From the NCBI GenBank assembly GCA_049969675.1, contig JBMFOP010000016.1:1-40776 (forward strand): DNA of 40,776 nt, written 5' to 3'. The DNA comes from Myxococcota bacterium. GTDB taxonomy: Bacteria > Myxococcota > SpSt-1050. Each line of letters begins with the position of its first letter. Position 1 is the first letter of the stretch. The notes below the pieces were generated by a model that searched no databases, was not told the origin of the DNA, and worked only from the letters and a program-made list of their open reading frames with translations. Positions 1 to 11,542 of the stretch are shown one piece after another. The position numbers and the translations under genes are program-made.

Positions 1-77
1 AGAAGGAGTTGAGATTTGCGGTGAGGGAAGGTGGGAGGACAGTAGGTGCTGGCGTCATTACAGAAATAATAAAGTAA
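1..77 (+). CDS. tuf: Elongation factor Tu, C-terminal end (partial)
   Basis: Frame from base 3 reads [24 protein letters not shown], the conserved EF-Tu C-terminus; stop at 75-77. Confidence 0.97.
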   Translation, partial: KELRFAVREGGRTVGAGVITEIIK

Positions 78-90
78 TTGGAGATGTAAG

Positions 91-396
91 ATGGAAGGAC
101 AGAAGATTAGAATCAAATTAAAAGGCTATGATTATCGTCTGCTGGACAGGTCTGTTGCAGAGATAGTGAGGACTGCAAAATCTACAGGGGCAGAGGTGGT
201 TGGGCCCCTTCCGCTCCCGACAGAGATTCATAAATATACTGTATTGAGGTCCTGTCACGCAGATAAGAAATCAAGAGAGCAGTTTGAAATCAGGGTTCAT
301 AAGAGACTGGTGGATATATTAAGACCTACGCCCAATACATTGGATGCCCTGATGAAGCTGGATCTCTCAGCAGGTGTGGATGTGGAAATTAAGTAA
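91..396 (+). CDS. rpsJ: 30S ribosomal protein S10
   Basis: [15 protein letters not shown]...GPLPLPT...[22 protein letters not shown] upstream. Confidence 0.99.
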   Translation: MEGQKIRIKLKGYDYRLLDRSVAEIVRTAKSTGAEVVGPLPLPTEIHKYTVLRSCHADKKSREQFEIRVHKRLVDILRPTPNTLDALMKLDLSAGVDVEIK

Positions 397-408
397 GGAG
401 CAGGTGCT

Positions 409-1029
409 ATGATTAAATTAGATGTGTATGATGTCTTAAAGAATAAGGTCTCTGAGATTGAAGTGAGCGAGAAGGTATTCGGCGTACCATTTAATCAGAC
501 GGTAATATATCAGGCTGTTCGTGTAAAACAAATGAATAAGAGACAGGGTACCGCCTCCACCAAGAACAAGGCTGAGGTGAGAGGTACAGGGAAGAAACCG
601 TGGAGGCAGAAGCATATGGGTAGGGCGAGGCACGGGAGTATGCGTTCTCCTCTCTGGAGGGGTGGAGCGGTCACATTTGGACCAAGGCCCAGAGAGTATG
701 ATCTCGCCCTTCAAAAGAAGGTAAATCGCAAGGCTATGTGTATTGCCCTCTCTGACAGAGTTAGGGAAAATTCAATTTTCGTTATTGACAAAGTTGATTT
801 TTCTGATATTAAAACCAGACATTTTTGTGAATTACTCAAGAGGTTTGAGATTGAAGGTGCCCTTGTGATAGACAACAAAAATAGGAATTTGATGCTTTCG
901 GTGAGGAATCACAGCAAGTCAAAGTATCTGAATGCAGAAAATTTAAATGTTGTGGACCTTTTAAAATATAACAAGCTTCTGGTATCTCAGGAAGCTCTAA
1001 AAAAGATTGAAGAGGTATTATCAAAATGA
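409..1029 (+). CDS. rplD: 50S ribosomal protein L4
   Basis: RQGTASTK..[22 protein letters not shown]. Confidence 0.98.
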   Translation: MIKLDVYDVLKNKVSEIEVSEKVFGVPFNQTVIYQAVRVKQMNKRQGTASTKNKAEVRGTGKKPWRQKHMGRARHGSMRSPLWRGGAVTFGPRPREYDLALQKKVNRKAMCIALSDRVRENSIFVIDKVDFSDIKTRHFCELLKRFEIEGALVIDNKNRNLMLSVRNHSKSKYLNAENLNVVDLLKYNKLLVSQEALKKIEEVLSK

Positions 1030-1331
1030 ACAGCATTAAGACATTTACAGATTATGACATTATTATAAGACCGCTAATCACAGAGAAGAGCAATATTCAC
1101 AAAGAGCTTTTTAATAAGGTCTCGTTTGTAGTCAGAAGAGATGCCAATAAGATCCAGATCAAGAGGGCGGTCGAAAACATATTTAAGGTCAGGGTTGCTA
1201 AAGTCAATACCGTTATCGTCAGAGGGAAGATGAGAAGATACGGGAGATATATTGGCAAGAGGGCATCTTATAAAAAGGCTATTGTCACCCTTGAGGCCGG
1301 TTATACTATTGATGTACTTTCCACTATTTAG
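1026..1331 (+). CDS. rplW: 50S ribosomal protein L23
   Basis: [37 protein letters not shown] overlap with rplD. Confidence 0.98.
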   Translation: MNSIKTFTDYDIIIRPLITEKSNIHKELFNKVSFVVRRDANKIQIKRAVENIFKVRVAKVNTVIVRGKMRRYGRYIGKRASYKKAIVTLEAGYTIDVLSTI

Positions 1332-1343
1332 TAGAGGTGTCTT

Positions 1344-2168
1344 ATGGCAGTAAAGACTTTTAAACCCACATCTCCTGGTAGAAGATTTATGACAGTGGCG
1401 GATTTCTCTGAACTGAAGAAGGGTCCGCCGGAGAAGAGCCTTGTTAAAAGAATAAAGAGACACTCTGGAAGAAATAATCAGGGTAGAGTGACCATCAGGT
1501 TTAGAGGTGGTGGTTCTAAGAAGATATACAGGATAATTGATTTCAAGAGGGATATCAGAGATATTCCAGCAAAGGTGGAGGCAATAGAGTATGACCCCAA
1601 TAGAACCTGCAGGATCGCTCTCTTAAATTACAAAAATGGAGTTAAGAGGTATATTCTCGCTCCAGATGGATTAAAAGTTGGGGATACTGTTGTTTCATCT
1701 GAGAATGCGGATATTAAGGTTGGGAATTCGCTCCCACTCAGGAATATCCCGGTAGGGCAGATGGTTCACAATATAGAACTCAAGATCGGGAAAGGCGGTG
1801 CACTTGTCAGAGCGGCCGGGTCTGCGGCTCAGGTACTTGGTAAAGAAGGTGATTATGCAATACTGAGAATGCCGTCTGGAGAGATGAGAAAGGTCCTTCA
1901 GGAGTGTTATGCAACAATTGGACAGGTAGGTAATCTGGAACACGAAAATATCATCATCGGCAAGGCTGGAAGACAGAGACTGAAGGGTAGAAAGCCTCAT
2001 GTAAGAGGTGTTGTTATGAATCCGGTGGATCATCCACATGGTGGTGGTGAAGGTAAGGCGGGTCAGGGTAATCCTCATCCGGTATCTCCGTGGGGATGGA
2101 AGACAAAGGGGAAGAAGACGAGACACAATAAGAGAACTGAGAAATATATCATCAAGCACAGGCATTAA
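1344..2168 (+). CDS. rplB: 50S ribosomal protein L2
   Basis: [29 protein letters not shown]. Confidence 0.99.
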   Translation: MAVKTFKPTSPGRRFMTVADFSELKKGPPEKSLVKRIKRHSGRNNQGRVTIRFRGGGSKKIYRIIDFKRDIRDIPAKVEAIEYDPNRTCRIALLNYKNGVKRYILAPDGLKVGDTVVSSENADIKVGNSLPLRNIPVGQMVHNIELKIGKGGALVRAAGSAAQVLGKEGDYAILRMPSGEMRKVLQECYATIGQVGNLEHENIIIGKAGRQRLKGRKPHVRGVVMNPVDHPHGGGEGKAGQGNPHPVSPWGWKTKGKKTRHNKRTEKYIIKHRH

Positions 2169-2182
2169 TAAGGAGGTTGTAA

Positions 2183-2485
2183 GTGTCAAGGTCAATTAAA
2201 AAAGGACCATATGTAGAAGAGAGTCTATTGAAAAAGGTTATGAGTATGGCCGAGAGCGGGCAGAAAAAGGTAATTAAGACATGGTCCAGAAGGTCCACCA
2301 TTATTCCAGAGATGGTTGGATTTACATTTGCCGTTCACAATGGTAATAAATTTATTCCAGTATATGTTGTTGAGAATATGGTAGGACACAAATTGGGTGA
2401 ATTTGCACCGACCAGGACATTCAGGGCACATTCAGCTGAGAGGAAGGCTGAGAAGGCTGGAGAAAAGGCTCCTGAAAAGAAATAA
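2183..2485 (+). CDS. rpsS: 30S ribosomal protein S19 (GTG start)
   Basis: [31 protein letters not shown]. Confidence 0.99.
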   Translation: MSRSIKKGPYVEESLLKKVMSMAESGQKKVIKTWSRRSTIIPEMVGFTFAVHNGNKFIPVYVVENMVGHKLGEFAPTRTFRAHSAERKAEKAGEKAPEKK

Positions 2486-2503
2486 TATAATTCGGAGGAA
2501 AAG

Positions 2504-2842
2504 ATGTTAGCCAGAGCAAAGTTGAGATTTTTGAGAATTTCGCCGAGAAAAGTTAAAATAGTTACAGACCTTATAAAGGGGAAGAAGGCTACAGAGGCTA
2601 TCAATATCCTGAAGTTTACTCCCAATACAGCGGCGAAGCCAGTATTAAAACTATTAAATTCGGCTATTGCAAACGCCACCAACAATCAGAAGGAGAAAAT
2701 AAATGTAGATGACCTCGTGGTAAAGGAGGTAATAGTTGGGAATGGTCCGATTATGAAGAGGATTATGCCCCGTTCAAGGGGAATGGCTTATCGTATAAAT
2801 AAGAGAATGAGCCACATAACAATCTTGATAGATAACATTTAA
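2504..2842 (+). CDS. rplV: 50S ribosomal protein L22
   Basis: [33 protein letters not shown]. Confidence 0.98.
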   Translation: MLARAKLRFLRISPRKVKIVTDLIKGKKATEAINILKFTPNTAAKPVLKLLNSAIANATNNQKEKINVDDLVVKEVIVGNGPIMKRIMPRSRGMAYRINKRMSHITILIDNI

Positions 2843-2853
2843 AGGAGGCAGCT

Positions 2854-3492
2854 TTGGGTCAGAAAGTAAATCCGATTGGTTTTAGACTTGGAGTGACAAA
2901 GACATGGGAATCCAGATGGTTCTCATCAAAGAATTATGTTAAATGGTTTCATGAGGACCTTAATTTCAGGAAATATCTTAAAGAGAAGCTTTATCAGGCT
3001 GGTGTATCAAGGATCCTGATAGAGAGGTCAGTAAATAAAGTTAGAATTAATGTCTTTGTAGCAAGGCCTGGTATGGTCATTGGAAAGAAGGGTTCAGGGA
3101 TTGACGGCATAAAGAAAGAGCTTCAGGCGATGGCAGCAAAGGATGAAGAGATATTCTTGAATATTAGTGAGGTCAGAAAGCCAGAACTGGATGCACAGCT
3201 GATTGCAGAGAATATTGCCTCTCAACTTGAGAAGAGGGTTGCTTTTAGAAGGGCGATGAAGAAGTCAGTCTTAAATGCTATGAAATTCGGTGCACTCGGG
3301 ATTAAGGTTATGGCAGGTGGCAGGCTTGCGGGTGCGGAGATTGCACGTTCGGAGTGGTATAGAGAGGGTAGGGTCCCGCTTCAGACCTTAAGAGCGGATA
3401 TTGATTTTGGTTTTGCAGAGGCAAATACCACATATGGGAAGATAGGAGTGAAGGTCTGGTTATTTAAGGGTGAGATATTAAGTAAGAGATAA
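2854..3492 (+). CDS. rpsC: 30S ribosomal protein S3 (TTG start)
   Basis: [35 protein letters not shown]. Confidence 0.99.
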   Translation: MGQKVNPIGFRLGVTKTWESRWFSSKNYVKWFHEDLNFRKYLKEKLYQAGVSRILIERSVNKVRINVFVARPGMVIGKKGSGIDGIKKELQAMAAKDEEIFLNISEVRKPELDAQLIAENIASQLEKRVAFRRAMKKSVLNAMKFGALGIKVMAGGRLAGAEIARSEWYREGRVPLQTLRADIDFGFAEANTTYGKIGVKVWLFKGEILSKR

Positions 3493-3504
3493 GGAGTTAG
3501 AATT

Positions 3505-3921
3505 ATGTTTATTCCAGCCAAGGTCAAATACAGGAAGCAGCAGAGAGGCCGAATGAAGGGTAAGGCTCAGAGAGGCAATACCCTTGCGTTTGGTGATTAT
3601 GGATTGATGGCACTTGAATGTGGATGGATTACAGCCAAGCAGATTGAGGCAGCCAGAGTCTCTATTACCAAATTTATCAAAAAGGGAGGGAAGCTCTGGG
3701 TGAGAATATTTCCGGACAAACCCATCACCAAGAAACCACTTGAGACCCGTATGGGAAAAGGGAAAGGGGCGCCGGAGGAGTGGGTGGTAGTTATAAGGCC
3801 TGGCAGGATTCTTTACGAGATGGAGGGCATTACAGAGGAGCAGGCAAGAGAGGCACTGAGGCTTGCCGCACATAAGTTACCTGTGGTAACCAGATTCATT
3901 AAGAGAGGTGAGTTACTATGA
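3505..3921 (+). CDS. rplP: 50S ribosomal protein L16
   Basis: [31 protein letters not shown]. Confidence 0.99.
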   Translation: MFIPAKVKYRKQQRGRMKGKAQRGNTLAFGDYGLMALECGWITAKQIEAARVSITKFIKKGGKLWVRIFPDKPITKKPLETRMGKGKGAPEEWVVVIRPGRILYEMEGITEEQAREALRLAAHKLPVVTRFIKRGELL

Positions 3922-4133
3922 AGGCGAGAGAATTTAGAAATATGGAAGTAGAGCAGATTAAGACGGAAATAAGGAATATGAAGGAGAGCCTCTTTAAGTT
4001 CAGATTCCAGCACTTTACCGGGCAACTTGAGAACCCAATGAAGTTGAGAAATACCAGAAGGGATCTGGCGAGGGCATATTCAGTGCTAAAGGAGAAATTA
4101 TCCAGTAAGACATCTTCAGAAAAGAATAAGTGA
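3918..4133 (+). CDS. rpmC: 50S ribosomal protein L29
   Basis: [22 protein letters not shown]; position in operon. Confidence 0.96.
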   Translation: MKAREFRNMEVEQIKTEIRNMKESLFKFRFQHFTGQLENPMKLRNTRRDLARAYSVLKEKLSSKTSSEKNK

Positions 4134-4141
4134 GGTAATAA

Positions 4142-4429
4142 ATGGAAAAGTTTGGTTACAATAAGGTCTTGATTGGTAAAGTGGTTTCAGACAGGATGGA
4201 GAAGACCATATCTGTTGAGGTCAAACGAAGGGTGATGCACCCTAAATATAAAAAATTTCTTACCAGAAGGTCAGTCTTTAAGGTCCATGACGAGAAGAAT
4301 GAGGCAAAGGTTGGTGACACGGTGATGTTTAAGGAGACGAGACCACTGTCTAAGACCAAGAGATTCAAACTGGTTAAGATATTGGTTAAAGGCAAGAGGT
4401 TTGATTCAGAGAATCAGACCGCTTTATAA
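4142..4429 (+). CDS. rpsQ: 30S ribosomal protein S17
   Basis: GKVVSDRMEKT, HPKYKK, HDE, ETRPLSKTKRF. Confidence 0.98.
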   Translation: MEKFGYNKVLIGKVVSDRMEKTISVEVKRRVMHPKYKKFLTRRSVFKVHDEKNEAKVGDTVMFKETRPLSKTKRFKLVKILVKGKRFDSENQTAL

Positions 4430-4444
4430 ATAAAGGAGTATGCT

Positions 4445-4813
4445 ATGATTCAGATGAAAACACTCTTGGATTCGGCTGATAATTCTGGTGCAAAGACACT
4501 TCAGTGTATTAAGGTACTTGGTGGTTCAAGAAGGCGATATGCCCAGGTGGGTGATGTGATTGTGGTGGCTATAAAAGAGGCTATGCCGGATTCAAAGGTC
4601 AAGAAGGGAGATGTAGCAAAGGCAGTTATTGTAAGAGTAGCCAAAGAGATCAAGAGAGAGGATGGGTCTTATGTCAGATTTGATGACAATTCGGCAGTCC
4701 TCATCAATAACTGGGGAGAACCGCTTGGTACGCGAATCTTTGGTCCTGTTGCAAGAGAGTTGAGAGCCAGAAGATTTATGAAGATATTATCACTTGCACC
4801 TGAAGTATTATAA
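4445..4813 (+). CDS. rplN: 50S ribosomal protein L14
   Basis: [27 protein letters not shown]. Confidence 0.99.
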   Translation: MIQMKTLLDSADNSGAKTLQCIKVLGGSRRRYAQVGDVIVVAIKEAMPDSKVKKGDVAKAVIVRVAKEIKREDGSYVRFDDNSAVLINNWGEPLGTRIFGPVARELRARRFMKILSLAPEVL

Positions 4814-4830
4814 TTTTTGGGAGAATTAAG

Positions 4831-5142
4831 ATGAGTATTAGAAAAAACGATATAGTGGTAGTTATCAGAGGTAAGAAGAAAGGGAAGAAGGGAAGAGTCC
4901 TATCTGTCCTTAGAGAGAAGGGCAGGGTCATAGTAGAGAATGTTGTGACGATCAAGAGACACCTGAAGCCGGGTAGAGATAAATCTGCGCAGGCTGGAGG
5001 CATTGTAGAGAAGCCCGGTTCAATTGCAATTAGCAATGTAATGCTCTATTGTAAGAAGTGTGATAGAGGCGTAAGACACGGTTATAAGATTTCTGGCGAT
5101 ACAAAATCCCGCATCTGTAAGAAGTGTGGTGAACAGATTTGA
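4831..5142 (+). CDS. rplX: 50S ribosomal protein L24 (CxxC...CxxC type)
   Basis: KOW-like [29 protein letters not shown]...ICKKC. Confidence 0.97.
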   Translation: MSIRKNDIVVVIRGKKKGKKGRVLSVLREKGRVIVENVVTIKRHLKPGRDKSAQAGGIVEKPGSIAISNVMLYCKKCDRGVRHGYKISGDTKSRICKKCGEQI

Positions 5143-5153
5143 TGGAGGAAGAG

Positions 5154-5693
5154 ATGGCACGATTAAAAGAACTATATAAGAAAGAAATTGTCCCGAGGTT
5201 GATGAAAGAGTTCAACTATAAGAATATTATGCAGGTCCCCAAACTGCACAAGATTACAATCAATATGGGGCTTGGAGAGGCTATCACCAATGTAAAGATT
5301 CTGGATACGGCTTCAAGCGAACTCGCGGCGATTACCGGGCAGAGACCGATTATTACAAAAGCCAGAAAATCAATCTCTAATTTCAAACTCAGGGCGGGGG
5401 CATCTATTGGTTGTGCAGTCACTCTGAGAGGCGACAGGATGTACGAGTTTTTTGATAGATTTGTAAATATCGCCCTCCCGAGAGTGAGAGACTTCAAGGG
5501 GCTTTCCTCTAAGTCATTTGATGGTAGGGGAAATTATTCTGTCGGGATAAAAGAACATATTATATTCCCGGAGATAAACTTTGACAAGACTGATAAGATT
5601 AAAGGTATGACAATTACCATAGTGACGACCGCAAAGTCGGATGAAGAGGCGAAAAAATTATTGAAGTATCTTGGTATGCCATTTAAGGATTAA
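5154..5693 (+). CDS. rplE: 50S ribosomal protein L5
   Basis: [31 protein letters not shown]; start placed at MARL behind SD GGAGG. Confidence 0.98.
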   Translation: MARLKELYKKEIVPRLMKEFNYKNIMQVPKLHKITINMGLGEAITNVKILDTASSELAAITGQRPIITKARKSISNFKLRAGASIGCAVTLRGDRMYEFFDRFVNIALPRVRDFKGLSSKSFDGRGNYSVGIKEHIIFPEINFDKTDKIKGMTITIVTTAKSDEEAKKLLKYLGMPFKD

Positions 5694-5705
5694 AGGAGGA
5701 TATGC

Positions 5706-5891
5706 GTGGCTAAAAAGTGTTTAATAATTAAACAGAAGCGAGAACCGAAATTCTCAAGTCGTAAGTACAACAGATGTGCCCTTTGTGGAAGGCCGAGAGG
5801 GTATATGAGAGATTTTGATATCTGTAGAATTTGTTTCAGAAACCTGGCTTTGAGAGGACTGATCCCCGGTGTTACAAAGTCCAGCTGGTAA
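5706..5891 (+). CDS. rpsN: 30S ribosomal protein S14, zinc-binding type Z (GTG start)
   Basis: 61 aa; CALCGRPR...[14 protein letters not shown]. Confidence 0.98.
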   Translation: MAKKCLIIKQKREPKFSSRKYNRCALCGRPRGYMRDFDICRICFRNLALRGLIPGVTKSSW

Positions 5892-5903
5892 GGGAGGAAT
5901 AAT

Positions 5904-6299
5904 ATGAGTCATACTTATCCTGTTGCAGATATGCTTACAAGAATTAGAAATGCCATTCAGGCGAGACTTGATATAATTGAGGTCCCACATTCAAAGATAA
6001 AAGAGTCTATACTGGAGGTAATGACCAACGAGGGATTTATCAATGGTTTTCGCGTGGTTAAACGCGGCGAGAAAAAATATATATATGTCTCGCTTAAATA
6101 TTATAATAATGATCCGGTCATTTCTGAAATCAGGTGTTTTAGCACACCGGGGAGAAGGATGTATATTGGTTATGATAAGATAAGGCGATATACACCGGGC
6201 TATGGAATCGTCATCCTCTCAACCCCTAAGGGGATTATGAGTGGCGGGAAGGCATTGAAAGAGAAGCTCGGTGGTGAATTAATCTGTTCAGTCTATTAA
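5904..6299 (+). CDS. rpsH: 30S ribosomal protein S8
   Basis: ADMLTRIRNA, ILSTPKGIM, GGELIC. Confidence 0.98.
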   Translation: MSHTYPVADMLTRIRNAIQARLDIIEVPHSKIKESILEVMTNEGFINGFRVVKRGEKKYIYVSLKYYNNDPVISEIRCFSTPGRRMYIGYDKIRRYTPGYGIVILSTPKGIMSGGKALKEKLGGELICSVY

Positions 6300-6313
6300 A
6301 CGAGGTGTTTGCT

Positions 6314-6862
6314 ATGTCAAGGATTGGAAATAAACCATTGAGTATCCCACAGGGAGTAAAGGTCACTATCAATAATGATTCAATAGTGGTTGAGGGCCCA
6401 AAAGGTAAGAAGTCTATTAAACCAAACATTCATACAAAGGTTGAAGTCTTGGGCAATATCATCAAGGTCTCCCGTACTTCTAATGAGAAGGTTGCAAAGC
6501 AGGCGCACGGTACTACCTGGGCCCTTCTGAACAGTGCGATTCAGGGTGTGAGTACTGGATTTTCAAAGGTATTATTGGTTCAGGGAGTTGGATACAAGGC
6601 GGAGTTGAGTGGGAATACACTTAAGTTCAGCATTGGATATTCAAAGCCAGTCCTTTTTGAAGTCCCAAGAGAAATTTCTGTAAAAGTTGAGAAGGATACA
6701 ATAATAACGCTCACCTGCCATGATAAAGAGTTGCTCGGGCAGGTCTGTCAGAATATCAAGGCGATAAAGCCAGCCGACCCATATAAGTTAAAGGGTATCA
6801 AATATGCCGATGAAGTAATAAAACAGAAAGTCGGCAAGGTCGGTGTTGGTGGCGCAAAGTAA
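6314..6862 (+). CDS. rplF: 50S ribosomal protein L6
   Basis: MSRIGNKP, GPKG, GVGYKA, PYKLKGIKY; start at ATG 6314. Confidence 0.98.
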   Translation: MSRIGNKPLSIPQGVKVTINNDSIVVEGPKGKKSIKPNIHTKVEVLGNIIKVSRTSNEKVAKQAHGTTWALLNSAIQGVSTGFSKVLLVQGVGYKAELSGNTLKFSIGYSKPVLFEVPREISVKVEKDTIITLTCHDKELLGQVCQNIKAIKPADPYKLKGIKYADEVIKQKVGKVGVGGAK

Positions 6863-6878
6863 TTTATGGAGGTTTAAA

Positions 6879-7247
6879 GTGAGTATTTATCTAAACCGAA
6901 AAGAGAATCGCTTGAAGAAGATAATAAGAATAAGGAGAAAAATATATGGTACTCAGGAGAGACCGCGAATCTCCGTATTCAAGAGCAACAGATATTTTTA
7001 TGTACAGCTTATCAATGACCTTGAAGGCAAAGTTCTACTCTCTGCATCTACGAGAGACAGGGATTTTATAAATCCATCAGAGAAAGAAAAACCCCTTGCA
7101 CAGGCAAAACGGCTCGGTTCTATTTTTGCGAACAGGTGTAAGGAGAAGAATATTGAGGCAGTTGTATTGGACAGACGTGGCTATAAATATCACGGAATTA
7201 TAAAGGCATTTGCAGATGCAATGAGAGAGGCTGGAATCAAGTTTTAA
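6879..7247 (+). CDS. rplR: 50S ribosomal protein L18 (GTG start)
   Basis: [41 protein letters not shown] at 6868-6872 supports GTG 6879. Confidence 0.96.
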   Translation: MSIYLNRKENRLKKIIRIRRKIYGTQERPRISVFKSNRYFYVQLINDLEGKVLLSASTRDRDFINPSEKEKPLAQAKRLGSIFANRCKEKNIEAVVLDRRGYKYHGIIKAFADAMREAGIKF

Positions 7248-7270
7248 TTTTTCTATTAAGGAGGTCTGAG

Positions 7271-7777
7271 TTGGCTAATATGATTAATAATGAGATTGAA
7301 CAGAAGGCATTGCTGGAGGGCGTGATTTATATCAACAGAACAGCAAAGGTGGTTAAGGGTGGTAAGAGATTTTCATTTTCAGCACTGGTGGTGGTTGGAG
7401 ACGGAGAGGGGATGATAGGTTATGGACTTGGGAAGGCTAATGAGGTCCCTGAAGCCATCAGAAAAGGAACCGAGAAGGCAAAGAAGAATATGATTAAGAT
7501 ACCACTTGTTCAGGGAACTATCCCCAATCAGGTAATAGGGAAGTATGGCGCGAGCAACCTTCTTATGAAGCCAGCAAAGGAGGGGACTGGTGTGATTGCA
7601 GGGACCGTTTTGCGGACACTTTTTGAAAATGCAGGTGTGAAGAATATTGTTACCAAATCTATTGGCTCAAGTAATCCGCATAATCTGATTAAGGCAGCCT
7701 TTGATGGTTTTAAAAAGATGAAGCCCAGGAATGAATATCTTAAGGCGCGGGGCAAACTGATTGATGAAAATAAATAA
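7271..7777 (+). CDS. rpsE: 30S ribosomal protein S5
   Basis: [34 protein letters not shown]; start TTG 7271 (or ATG 7280). Confidence 0.98.
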   Translation: MANMINNEIEQKALLEGVIYINRTAKVVKGGKRFSFSALVVVGDGEGMIGYGLGKANEVPEAIRKGTEKAKKNMIKIPLVQGTIPNQVIGKYGASNLLMKPAKEGTGVIAGTVLRTLFENAGVKNIVTKSIGSSNPHNLIKAAFDGFKKMKPRNEYLKARGKLIDENK

Positions 7778-7792
7778 GGCTGGAGGATGGAT

Positions 7793-7978
7793 ATGACTTC
7801 AAAGAGTATCAGGATTCAGTGGTATAAAGGGACGATAGGTAGAGATATCAGGCAGAAACTCACCATAAAGGGGTTGGGTTTTAAGAAGCTCCATCAGATA
7901 ATTGAAGTAAAAGACACCCCGGCTATCAGAGGGATGATAAAGAAGATACCACATCTTGTGAAAATTGTCTCAGAATAA
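7793..7978 (+). CDS. rpmD: 50S ribosomal protein L30
   Basis: [12 protein letters not shown]...[16 protein letters not shown]. Confidence 0.96.
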   Translation: MTSKSIRIQWYKGTIGRDIRQKLTIKGLGFKKLHQIIEVKDTPAIRGMIKKIPHLVKIVSE

Positions 7979-7988
7979 GGAGTATATT

Positions 7989-8435
7989 ATGGTAATTTCG
8001 CTTGGTAATATCAAAGTTCCAGAAGGTGCCACACATAGACCGAAGAGAAGAGGTAGAGGTGAAGGCTCCGGTCTCGGTAAGACATCGGGTAGGGGGAATA
8101 AAGGTCAGCTTTCACGCTCGGGTGGTGGTACCAGATTGGGTTTTGAAGGCGGCCAGATGCCTTTAATTAGAAGAATCCCCAAACGGGGCTTCTTTAATAT
8201 CTTCAAGAAAGAATATGCAGTTGTAAATCTCAAAGACCTCTCAAAATTTGCCGCCAATGAGATTGTGGATGCAGAGAGACTTTATGCAAAAGGTCTGATT
8301 CCTTCAAAGTCGCTCCCTGTAAAAGTACTGGGAGATGGTGAGATAAATGTCGCACTCACGGTAAAGGCAAACAAGTTTTCAAAGAAAGCGATTGAAAAGA
8401 TAACAAAAGCAGGCGGAAAGGCCGAGGAGATTTAG
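7989..8435 (+). CDS. rplO: 50S ribosomal protein L15
   Basis: [43 protein letters not shown] before ATG 7989. Confidence 0.98.
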   Translation: MVISLGNIKVPEGATHRPKRRGRGEGSGLGKTSGRGNKGQLSRSGGGTRLGFEGGQMPLIRRIPKRGFFNIFKKEYAVVNLKDLSKFAANEIVDAERLYAKGLIPSKSLPVKVLGDGEINVALTVKANKFSKKAIEKITKAGGKAEEI

Positions 8436-8437
8436 TT

Positions 8438-9754
8438 GTGGCAAATGTTTTTAGCAATATAGCCCGTATACCTGAGCTCAGGAGGAGGATCCTCTTCTCA
8501 TTATTGATGCTTGCGGTATACAGGGTAGGTATCTTTATCACCACACCCGGTGTTGACAGGGTGGTGATGGCAAAGATATTCTCTTCTGCAAAGAATACAA
8601 TATTTGGTATCTTCAACCTCTTCTCAGGTGGTGGACTTGAACAGCTCTCTATATTTGCACTCGGAATAATGCCCTACATCAGCGCATCAATCATTATGCA
8701 ATTACTCGGAGTTGTGCTGCCCGCGGTTGAGAAACTCCAGAAAGAAGGAGAGCTGGGGAAGAAGAAGATTACACAATATACCCGCTATCTAACAGTTGTC
8801 ATCTGTCTGATGCAGGGATTTGGAATTGCTGTATATCTGGAAGGACTCAGGTCTTCAACAGGAGAACTGGTGGTTGCGGATCCTGGAATGGGATTTAGAC
8901 TTCTAACAGCATTGACACTGACCACAGGTACAACATTTATAATGTGGCTTGGTGAACAGATAACAGAAAAAGGGATCGGGAATGGAATCTCTCTTATAAT
9001 CTTTGCAGGTATCGTCGCACGCATGCCAAATGCAGTATTTCAGAGCTTCTCATTTACAGAGAAGGGGATGTTAAAACCACTTACCCTTTTAATTGTCCTT
9101 GCAATTATGGTTGGCACGATCTACCTGATTGTATTTTTTGAGAGAGGGCAGCGCAGGATTCCAGTTCAATATGCCAAAAGGGTTGTGGGTAGAAAGGTAT
9201 ACGGTGGCCAGACCACACATCTCCCTCTGAAGGTAAATACGGCTGGGGTTATCCCTCCAATATTTGCATCCTCCATTCTTGTCTTCCCTGCTACAATGAG
9301 CAACCTGTTACATTTTGATATCTTCAAAAATATTTCAAATTCATTACAGCCGGGGACCTGGGGTTACGAGACATTTTATGTATTACTCATAATATTCTTT
9401 GCATACTTCTATACCGCGGTTGTCTTCAATCCCGTTGATATCTCTGAAAATATGAAAAAATATGGTGGTTTTATCCCGGGGATCAGGCCGGGGAGCAAGA
9501 CCGCTGAATATATTGATAAGGTTCTCTCCAGAATTACCTTTGGTGGAGCCTTATATGTATCGTTTGTCTGTGTACTCCCTACGGTGCTTATGAAATCATT
9601 CAATGTCCCATTCTATTTTGGAGGGACTGCACTTCTGATTGTTGTCGGCGTTGCCCTTGATACACTGGCACAGATAGAGTCGCACCTGATTTCCAGACAT
9701 TATGAAGGGCTCTCAGGAGAGGGTGGCCCGAGAATTAGAGGTAGAAGGAGGTAA
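8438..9754 (+). CDS. secY: Preprotein translocase subunit SecY (GTG start)
   Basis: [52 protein letters not shown]. Confidence 0.99.
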   Translation: MANVFSNIARIPELRRRILFSLLMLAVYRVGIFITTPGVDRVVMAKIFSSAKNTIFGIFNLFSGGGLEQLSIFALGIMPYISASIIMQLLGVVLPAVEKLQKEGELGKKKITQYTRYLTVVICLMQGFGIAVYLEGLRSSTGELVVADPGMGFRLLTALTLTTGTTFIMWLGEQITEKGIGNGISLIIFAGIVARMPNAVFQSFSFTEKGMLKPLTLLIVLAIMVGTIYLIVFFERGQRRIPVQYAKRVVGRKVYGGQTTHLPLKVNTAGVIPPIFASSILVFPATMSNLLHFDIFKNISNSLQPGTWGYETFYVLLIIFFAYFYTAVVFNPVDISENMKKYGGFIPGIRPGSKTAEYIDKVLSRITFGGALYVSFVCVLPTVLMKSFNVPFYFGGTALLIVVGVALDTLAQIESHLISRHYEGLSGEGGPRIRGRRR

Positions 9755-9755
9755 T

Positions 9756-10403
9756 ATGATAATCGTTCTACTTGGCCCTCCTGGTTGTGGTAAAGGCACT
9801 CAGGCACAGAAGTTGATGGAAGTGATGAAACTCCCGCAGATATCAACTGGAGATATGCTCAGGAAGGCATTGAAAGACGGGACGCCACTTGGACTTGAGG
9901 CAAAGAAATATATGGAATCGGGACAGCTTGTACCGGATAAACTCGTAATTGATATTATAAGAGAGAGAGTAAAATCACCAGACTGTAACAATGGCTTTGT
10001 ACTTGACGGTTTCCCGAGGTCTATCCCACAGGCTGAGGCGCTGGATGAGATGCTCAAAGAGATAGGAAAGAAGATTGATTTTGCCATCAATTTTGATGTA
10101 CCCGAGGAGGAGCTTATATTGAGAATTTCTGGGAGGAGGAGTTGTCCCCAATGTGGTGCTATGTTCCATATAAAATTTTCACCTCCCAGAGTTGAAGGGA
10201 TCTGTGATAAGTGTGGAGCGAGTCTCTATCAGAGGGCTGATGACAATGAGACAACTGTAAAAAATAGAATCACGGTCTATAATGAGCAGACTGCTCCATT
10301 GATAGATTATTATCAGAGGAAAGGTGTACTCAAGAATATTATGGCTGGTGGAGGTACGCCGGATTCAGTATTTGGCAAAGTGAAAGAGGTAGTTGGGTTG
10401 TAA
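9756..10403 (+). CDS. adk: Adenylate kinase with Zn-binding LID
   Basis: GPPGCGKGTQA, ISTGDMLR, LDGFPR, CPQC...CDKC LID. Confidence 0.98.
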   Translation: MIIVLLGPPGCGKGTQAQKLMEVMKLPQISTGDMLRKALKDGTPLGLEAKKYMESGQLVPDKLVIDIIRERVKSPDCNNGFVLDGFPRSIPQAEALDEMLKEIGKKIDFAINFDVPEEELILRISGRRSCPQCGAMFHIKFSPPRVEGICDKCGASLYQRADDNETTVKNRITVYNEQTAPLIDYYQRKGVLKNIMAGGGTPDSVFGKVKEVVGL

Positions 10404-10406
10404 GAG

Positions 10407-11156
10407 ATGATAAATATCAAGAGCCCGGAAGAGATTAAGATTATGGATAAGGCAAACAAAATAGTGAATACGGCGCTTGAGGAGGTGGCAAAGAAGATTG
10501 CACCCGGGGTAAGGGCGAGTGAGTTAGATGAGATTGCAGAGGCTGTAACAAAGAAATTCGGTGCAAGGCCAGCATTCAAAGGTTATAATGGATATAAATA
10601 TTCACTGTGTGTATCCATTAATGATGAGATTGTACACGGATTACCCGAGAAGAAGAAGGTAATAAAAGAGGGTGATGTGGTGAGTATTGACTTTGGTGTT
10701 TTATACAATGGATACTATGGAGATGCAGCCAGAACAGTAATTGTTGGTGAGGTTAGTGAATCTGTAAAAAGATTTGTCAAGACCGCCGAGGATGCATTCT
10801 ATGCCGGTGTGAATATGATGAAGAGAGGAAATAGAGTGGGAGATATCTCAAATGCAATTCAGTCTCTTGTTGAATCCAGAGGATTCGGGGTTGTAAGAGA
10901 CCTTGTAGGACATGGTATTGGTACATCATTACACGAGGATCCCCCTGTGCCAAATTTTGGTAAGTCTGGTGTGGGCCCTGATATTATTGATGGTATGGTA
11001 CTGGCGATTGAACCTATGATTACAATGGGCGACTATAGGGTTATATACGATGATGATGGCTGGACAACAAGGACTTATGATGGTAAACTGGCTGCCCATT
11101 TTGAATATTCGGTTGCAGTGGTGGATGGAAGTTATTATATTCTTGGAATTAAGTAA
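10407..11156 (+). CDS. map: Methionine aminopeptidase type I
   Basis: [36 protein letters not shown]. Confidence 0.98.
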   Translation: MINIKSPEEIKIMDKANKIVNTALEEVAKKIAPGVRASELDEIAEAVTKKFGARPAFKGYNGYKYSLCVSINDEIVHGLPEKKKVIKEGDVVSIDFGVLYNGYYGDAARTVIVGEVSESVKRFVKTAEDAFYAGVNMMKRGNRVGDISNAIQSLVESRGFGVVRDLVGHGIGTSLHEDPPVPNFGKSGVGPDIIDGMVLAIEPMITMGDYRVIYDDDGWTTRTYDGKLAAHFEYSVAVVDGSYYILGIK

Positions 11157-11170
11157 GATTAGTGAGGTCT

Positions 11171-11392
11171 ATGTCTAAGGAAGGAACGATTGAAGTAGAA
11201 GGAACTGTAGTGGAGACACTACCCAATACAATGTTTAGAGTAGAATTGCCAAATGGCAAGAAGATCATTGCATATCTCTCTGGAAAGATGAGAATGCATT
11301 TTATCAGGATCTTGCCCGGAGATAAGGTTATTGTAGAGTTGAGTCCTTATGATTTGAGTAAGGGAAGAATAACTTTCAGGAGCAAGAAATAA
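11171..11392 (+). CDS. infA: Translation initiation factor IF-1
   Basis: [35 protein letters not shown]. Confidence 0.99.
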   Translation: MSKEGTIEVEGTVVETLPNTMFRVELPNGKKIIAYLSGKMRMHFIRILPGDKVIVELSPYDLSKGRITFRSKK

Positions 11393-11411
11393 TTAACAGG
11401 ATAGGTGATAT

Positions 11412-11525
11412 ATGAAAGTTAGAGCTTCAGTTAAAAAGATTTGTCCAAAATGCAAGATTATCAAACGTAAAGGTGTTGTAAGGGTAATCTGCGAGAACAA
11501 GAAGCACAAACAAAGACAGGGATAA
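11412..11525 (+). CDS. rpmJ: 50S ribosomal protein L36 (absent from ORF track, 37 aa)
   Basis: Manual translation [37 protein letters not shown]. Confidence 0.98.
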   Translation: MKVRASVKKICPKCKIIKRKGVVRVICENKKHKQRQG

Positions 11526-11542
11526 TTTTAAGGAGGATTTTA

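Noticed and set aside
2435..2485. Short repeats at the end of rpsS
   Set aside because: They encode a low-complexity AEK-type tail, common in ribosomal proteins.
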